A stretch of 61,495 bases of DNA, filler included. It is 8 parts of 8 records of this genome, joined end to end, with 100 filler letters (N's around TTAATTAATTAA, not from the genome) between each part and the next. Parts side by side here need not be neighbours in the genome. Positions count along the whole stretch, not along the records: positions 55,831 to 61,495 come from SRR31156797_65742; 7 more parts are not named here. The stretch is one strand, 5' to 3'. Position 1 is the stretch's first letter, and each line of letters begins with the position of its first letter. Positions 56,866 to 61,495 of this stretch are shown in pieces. The translations under genes were made by a program, and so were the position numbers. The notes below the pieces were generated by a model, which was not told the origin of the DNA, did no database searches, and saw only the letters and a list, made by a program, of their open reading frames with translations.

Positions 56866-58149
56866 ATGGTTCCTATTGATAAGCCGGATAAGATAGGCAG
56901 GTATTCAGTACTTAGAGAATTGGGTCGGGGAGGCATGGGCATTGTCTGGCTGGCTCGAGATCCTTTTATTGGGCGGCATGTGGCGATTAAAACCACTTTG
57001 TCGTCCCCGCCCAAGGATTCTAAAAAACTCGAACAGTTTTACAGCACATTTTTCATTGAAGCCAGGGCCGCGGGCAACCTGACCCACCCCAATATCGTGT
57101 ATGTTTACGACGCCGCTGTTGAGAGCGACCACTGCTATCTGGTGCTGGAATATGTCGACGGTCCGACCCTGAAGGATTATTGCCGCGGCGAAAAGCTGCT
57201 GCCGATCAAATCCGTGATAAACATAATTTATCAATGCGCCAAGGGCCTGTATTACGCTCACCGTAAAGGAGTCGTGCATAGAGACATCAAGCCCGGCAAC
57301 ATAATGATAAGCAAAAAGAAAAGCATGGCCAAGCTTTGCGACTTCGGGATCGCCGCCCTGGAGGGGCTCGGCGATGACGCCAAGTCGGATGCAGCCATGA
57401 CCCTGGGCTATGCCTCGCCCGAACAACTGGCTCATAAGCAGTACAATCACCAGACCGACATCTTTTCACTCGGCGTTGTCATGTATGAACTATTAACCGG
57501 GCATAAGCCTTTTTCAGCGGATACTGAAATAGGAATAGTCTATAAAACCACAAATGAACCGCCCACGCCGCTGTCCGAATACAGGGACGACGTCCCGGAC
57601 GAACTGGAACGCATACTCAACAAGGCCCTGGAAAAAGACCTGACCCGCCGTTATCAGAACGGCCAGGAACTGGCTCACGATTTGAGTTCTTATTTCGCCA
57701 GCCTTAAAACCGTTGAAAAAAAACTGAACAAGGCCGAAAAACATCATGCCTTGATGAGACTTGATTTTTTCAAGGAATTCACAGCCGCCGAACTTGACGA
57801 AGTGGCCACCATAAGCCTGTGGGTGGATTTTCCGGATAATACGCCGATCATATCCGAAGGCGCGGTCCAGGATTGTTTTTATATCATTGTTTCCGGCGGA
57901 GTAAAAATTTCCAAAAGGGGGACGGTGCTGACCGAACTGGGCCCCGGCGACTATTTCGGCGAAATGGCCTATTTGGGCAAAACGTCCAGGACCGCGGACG
58001 CCCATGCCGTCGGTCATACAATATTGATGAGGGTCGATCCCACGGTGATAGATGAAGCTTCGGTCAATACGCAGCTTCGTTTCAGTCGCATATTCATAAG
58101 AACGCTCATACAACGCCTGGCCCAGACAACAGAGCTTGTGACAACCTGA
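56866..58149 (+). CDS. Hanks-type Ser/Thr protein kinase with C-terminal cyclic-nucleotide-binding domain
   Basis: LGRGGMG, VAIK, HRDIKPGN, DFG, YASPEQ, DIFSLG; cNMP domain FYIIVSG.V...GDYFGEMA...RTA. Confidence 0.93.
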   Translation: MVPIDKPDKIGRYSVLRELGRGGMGIVWLARDPFIGRHVAIKTTLSSPPKDSKKLEQFYSTFFIEARAAGNLTHPNIVYVYDAAVESDHCYLVLEYVDGPTLKDYCRGEKLLPIKSVINIIYQCAKGLYYAHRKGVVHRDIKPGNIMISKKKSMAKLCDFGIAALEGLGDDAKSDAAMTLGYASPEQLAHKQYNHQTDIFSLGVVMYELLTGHKPFSADTEIGIVYKTTNEPPTPLSEYRDDVPDELERILNKALEKDLTRRYQNGQELAHDLSSYFASLKTVEKKLNKAEKHHALMRLDFFKEFTAAELDEVATISLWVDFPDNTPIISEGAVQDCFYIIVSGGVKISKRGTVLTELGPGDYFGEMAYLGKTSRTADAHAVGHTILMRVDPTVIDEASVNTQLRFSRIFIRTLIQRLAQTTELVTT

Positions 58150-58227
58150 CAGAGGCCGCTGGAACTTTTTTCTATTAAAAAGCTTGTTCCTTTCCATCAA
58201 CATATCCATATGTGAGGAGATCGCCCC

Positions 58228-58983
58228 ATGAATATTCTGGCCGTCAACGGAAGCCCACGCGGACCCAAAGGCAATACCGATCACATTGTTCAGCCTTTTC
58301 TGGAAGGCGCCCGCGGCGCCGGGGCCGCGGCCGAAACCATTTACATCAAGGATTATAAAATCAAACCCTGCCAGGGTTGTTTCACCTGCCAGTTGAAAAC
58401 TCCCGGCGTGTGCATCCATAATGACGACATGACCGGGATCATAGAAAAAATGAAAGCGGCCGATGTACTGGTTTTCAGCGCCCCCCTTTATATATACTCC
58501 GTGCCTTCTATTTTTAAAGCCTTCATGGACCGGCTTTTCGTCATTGTCGACACACGGCTCAAGTTCGTGAACGGCCTTACCAGCCATCCGGCCCGGTTTC
58601 CGGATATCAAATGGAAGATGGTCCTGATTTCAAATGGCGGTTTTCCGGAAGACGACCACTTTCAACCCCTGAAAGACACCTTTGCCCTGTTCGCCAGGGG
58701 ACTGGAAGGCGGTGAAAACATGAAATTCGTCGCCTCCATCTGCAAGGGCATGGGCGAACTCTTTTCCAACGAACCCCTCCTGCCCGGATTGGAATGGTTT
58801 TTCGAGGCCTGCCGCCAGGCCGGCGCCGAACTGGTCGCAAACGGAGGCATAAGCGAACAGACCCGGGCCATACTCGACCGCCCCCTGATGGATGTCACCC
58901 CGGCCGAATTTGCGGAAATGGCCAACTTTTATATAGACAAAGCCGCCGGGATTTTAGGCGGGAAGGAAAAGGGGCGGGACTGA
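58228..58983 (+). CDS. Flavodoxin family / iron-sulfur flavoprotein (Isf-like)
   Basis: NGSPR..GNT, CQGCFTC......C...DDM, AD..V...PLY, K.FMDR. Confidence 0.88.
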   Translation: MNILAVNGSPRGPKGNTDHIVQPFLEGARGAGAAAETIYIKDYKIKPCQGCFTCQLKTPGVCIHNDDMTGIIEKMKAADVLVFSAPLYIYSVPSIFKAFMDRLFVIVDTRLKFVNGLTSHPARFPDIKWKMVLISNGGFPEDDHFQPLKDTFALFARGLEGGENMKFVASICKGMGELFSNEPLLPGLEWFFEACRQAGAELVANGGISEQTRAILDRPLMDVTPAEFAEMANFYIDKAAGILGGKEKGRD

Positions 58984-59327
58984 CAGCCGGAACCTTTTTG
59001 GGTAAAGGTTTTACAGCCCGGGCAATTCAAGGGACGCCATTCCTGATTCGCAGCCGATCATCTCCACGTAATCTTGTATTAGGAATTGCGTTTTCTTAAT
59101 TCTGACTTAACAGAGTATTTTCCGGGTCAGGAACTTAAACGCCCACGTATTGTAATTGATGGCCATCCATTCATTAAGAAACCCATGATGAAGCCGTTGA
59201 AGGCTTAACACATTGCATTCATCCCTGCCTTCCGTCCTTGTCGATTAACTCCATGCTTGATAACAGCGTCTCCTTTTTGTAAAATATTGTTTGAGTCGGT
59301 AAAACCGGCAATTCTTGGAGTTTCAGC

Positions 59328-61127
59328 ATGCCTCCTATTGATTTTGAAAAAGTATATTTTTCTTCATTACCCATGGGCGTCATCCTTGTGGATTCCTCCG
59401 GCGAAGTCCTGTTTATCAATCCAAAAGCAAAAGAACTAATTGGAATGAGCGGTTCGCAATCCCCAAACACGATAAATGCTTTCCTTGAAGTTTTGACACC
59501 GGAAATTCAAAAACTCGATGATAACCACACCACGACAGAAAACCTGAAAATATCCTACTCATCTGTAGATTATTCCGTGACCTTGCTGTCGGTTTCTGAA
59601 GAGGCCGAGTTCAATGGCACGGTAATATCATTTGAACTGCTGGACAAATTTGAGCAAACCGCCAGGAAATCCGGCTCATATTTATTGCTTCAGCGACAGT
59701 TTGAAGCTGTTTTTAAAACTTCTTCCGAGGCGTTATGGCTCCTTGACGGTAAAAGCAACCTGATTGATATCAATCATGCGGCTGAAGTTATTCTTGGCGC
59801 CAAGGCCTCGGAAGTTGTCGGTAAAAACAGCCGGGATCTGGTCAATAGGAAACTGTATGACAAAGCCATGGCGCCGCGGGTTCTCCAGGAGGGAAAAAAG
59901 AGCAGCATGATACAGTACGTGACCAGAACCAATAAGCACGTTCTTTCAACGGGCACTCCGATTTTCGATGACGAGGGCAACATTTCCATGGTTGTAGTCT
60001 CTGACAGGGAAATAAGCAAACTGGGTGCGCTGCAGGAACCGCTCCCGTCTATATCGGATCAATCCGAAAAAGGTGAAGATTCAGGTGATGCGATCAGCGG
60101 TTCCAACCGGCAGCACATCGTGGCCGAGAGTAATTCCATGAAGGAGGTCCTGATTGAAGCTTTGAAACTGACCAGGCTCCGGACCTCCAATATACTGATT
60201 GAAGGTGAATCCGGAACCGGCAAGGGCCTACTGGCGAAATTCATACATAGAAACCGCGGCCTGCATGACGAATCGTTTGTGGAAATCAATTGCGCCGCCG
60301 TTCCTGATAATCTTATCGAAGCAGAGCTTTTCGGATATGAAAAAGGCGCGTTCACCGGCGCCGACGTCAAAGGTAAAATCGGTTTGTTCGAAATGGCTGA
60401 AGGCGGTGTGCTTTTTTTAGACGAAATCGGCGAGTTGCCCTATCAAAGCCAGGCCAAATTACTTAAATGCATGGAAGATCACGAAATCAAACGAATAGGA
60501 GGACTCAGAACCATCAAAATCAACTGCCAGGTAATGGCCGCCACCAATCAGGACCTGGAATCACTCGTGGACCAGGGAAAGTTCAGAAGGGATCTTTTTC
60601 ATAGACTTAATTCATTTACCATAAGCATTCCTCCGCTTCGGGAAAGACCCGAGGACATTATTGAACTGACGAGTATGTTTTTAAATCTCTTTAACATTCA
60701 ACACAGGACGAATAGAAAAATATCACCGGCCGCCATGGACGCGTTAAAAAAACATGATTTTCCTGGCAATGTCAGAGAACTCAAGAATATATTGCATCGG
60801 GCCGTTGTAATGAGCGAGGATGAATATATCTGCAATGTTATCCTGGAAACCCTGAAGGGGAAAACAAGCCGGGACAGCGATATTGTCAACCTGAAAGTAT
60901 ATGAGCCGTTTAATCTGAAAGCCAGATTACAGGAACTGGAAAAACAAATCATACAACAAATTTACAATCAAGGCGTATCAACACGTGAAATGGCTCGACT
61001 CCTGGGCGTCAGCCAGCCGAGCGTGATTCGCAAATTAAAGCTATACAAAATATCCGACACAACCGATCAATTATTGGATCAGGCCAAGCAGCCCGATCGC
61101 GCCCCTCAGAACAAACAGGCCAGATAA
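59328..61127 (+). CDS. PAS-containing sigma-54-dependent transcriptional activator (bEBP)
   Basis: GESGTGKG, ELFGYEKGAFTGA, LFLDEIGE, FRRDLFHRL, PGNVREL, C-terminal HTH. Confidence 0.95.
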   Translation: MPPIDFEKVYFSSLPMGVILVDSSGEVLFINPKAKELIGMSGSQSPNTINAFLEVLTPEIQKLDDNHTTTENLKISYSSVDYSVTLLSVSEEAEFNGTVISFELLDKFEQTARKSGSYLLLQRQFEAVFKTSSEALWLLDGKSNLIDINHAAEVILGAKASEVVGKNSRDLVNRKLYDKAMAPRVLQEGKKSSMIQYVTRTNKHVLSTGTPIFDDEGNISMVVVSDREISKLGALQEPLPSISDQSEKGEDSGDAISGSNRQHIVAESNSMKEVLIEALKLTRLRTSNILIEGESGTGKGLLAKFIHRNRGLHDESFVEINCAAVPDNLIEAELFGYEKGAFTGADVKGKIGLFEMAEGGVLFLDEIGELPYQSQAKLLKCMEDHEIKRIGGLRTIKINCQVMAATNQDLESLVDQGKFRRDLFHRLNSFTISIPPLRERPEDIIELTSMFLNLFNIQHRTNRKISPAAMDALKKHDFPGNVRELKNILHRAVVMSEDEYICNVILETLKGKTSRDSDIVNLKVYEPFNLKARLQELEKQIIQQIYNQGVSTREMARLLGVSQPSVIRKLKLYKISDTTDQLLDQAKQPDRAPQNKQAR

Positions 61128-61229
61128 CCCATTTAAATACAATACGTTATACAAATCAATATTCACGCCAGAGAACATACGATCAATTTATTGATCACAA
61201 ACCTGCCATAGCGATCTATTATTTGATCA
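61064..61229. promoter_or_regulatory. Three CGATC-N8-GATCA palindromes (candidate enhancer sites)
   Basis: At 61064-81, 61180-97 and 61212-29, each with an AT-rich 8-nt spacer. Confidence 0.75.
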
Positions 61230-61259
61230 TTTTCTTTCCGTTGACTATTCAATACTATT

Positions 61260-61305
61260 TAATTAATTGATTTAATTGTTTAATTTATTTTGGCATCTGT
61301 CTTGC
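61260..61305 (+). promoter_or_regulatory. IHF site and sigma-54 -24/-12 promoter
   Basis: Minus-strand AATCAATTAATTA (WATCAR-N4-TTR) at 61260-72; TGGCATCTGTCTTGC at 61291-305. Confidence 0.8.
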
Positions 61306-61414
61306 TTAAGAATTGCTCAGAGCGAAAGATCTCTAATTCATGCGCCGATCTGCCCAATTTTTTCTCATCTGTTAGAGAAACGCAGGTTGGCCTTTAGAAA
61401 CTCGAGGAGCGATT

Positions 61415-61495
61415 ATGACCAAACAGTTACCTTCCCATGCCCGGGTAGTGGTTATCGGCGGCGGGATCTCCGGTTGCAGCATCTTGTATCATTTA
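61415..61495 (+). CDS. FAD-dependent dimethylglycine/sarcosine dehydrogenase-like (GcvT family) protein, 5' end only
   Basis: GAGGAG RBS; MTKQLPSHARVVVIGGGISGCSILYHL. Confidence 0.75.
   Translation, partial: MTKQLPSHARVVVIGGGISGCSILYHL

Overview
This window is not one genome. It is eight unrelated contigs joined by artificial 100-bp spacers (N44-TTAATTAATTAA-N44), so nothing should be linked across them. (1) 1-7952, GC-rich and alphaproteobacteria-like: DeoR regulator, class III PLP enzyme, amino-alcohol kinase, polyamine-type ABC transporter and an aminopropanol-dehydrogenase-like SDR. This looks like an aminoacetone/1-amino-2-propanol pathway with no microcompartment shell genes in view. 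(2) 8053-16697: DUF5395/YeiH sulfur-transport module, pyk, meaB, cyclophilin, alaS. (3) 16798-22067: small GIY-YIG nuclease between two inverted, covarying palindromes, plus a Gfo/Idh/MocA enzyme and TctABC. (4) 22168-30295: complete Ech hydrogenase echABCDEF, Hsp20, USP, then a decayed integron-cassette array (FRP-like protein, methyltransferase) ending in a group IIC-attC intron 3' end. (5) 30396-35956: a second group II intron end, a tRNA-Thr att remnant, tyrosine-recombinase relics, two families of dispersed repeats that bracket single cargo genes, and a membrane-anchored RdhA-like protein. (6) 36057-44981, Bacteroidota-like: GH16-T9SS, propeller sensor kinase, NarL regulator with two matched target promoters, FG-GAP protein. 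(7) 45082-55730: pseudaminic acid pathway, yedF, rhomboid, hypCD, hflX, two tRNA-Ser genes; rhomboid and hflX appear to use ATT and ATA starts. (8) 55831-61495: Hanks kinase-cNMP, flavodoxin-like protein, and a sigma-54 activator with a fully readable target promoter. The best candidates for an undescribed system are the repeat/recombinase cassette architecture in contig 5 and the palindrome-flanked GIY-YIG element in contig 3. Family assignments come from motifs and recall; no database search was run.
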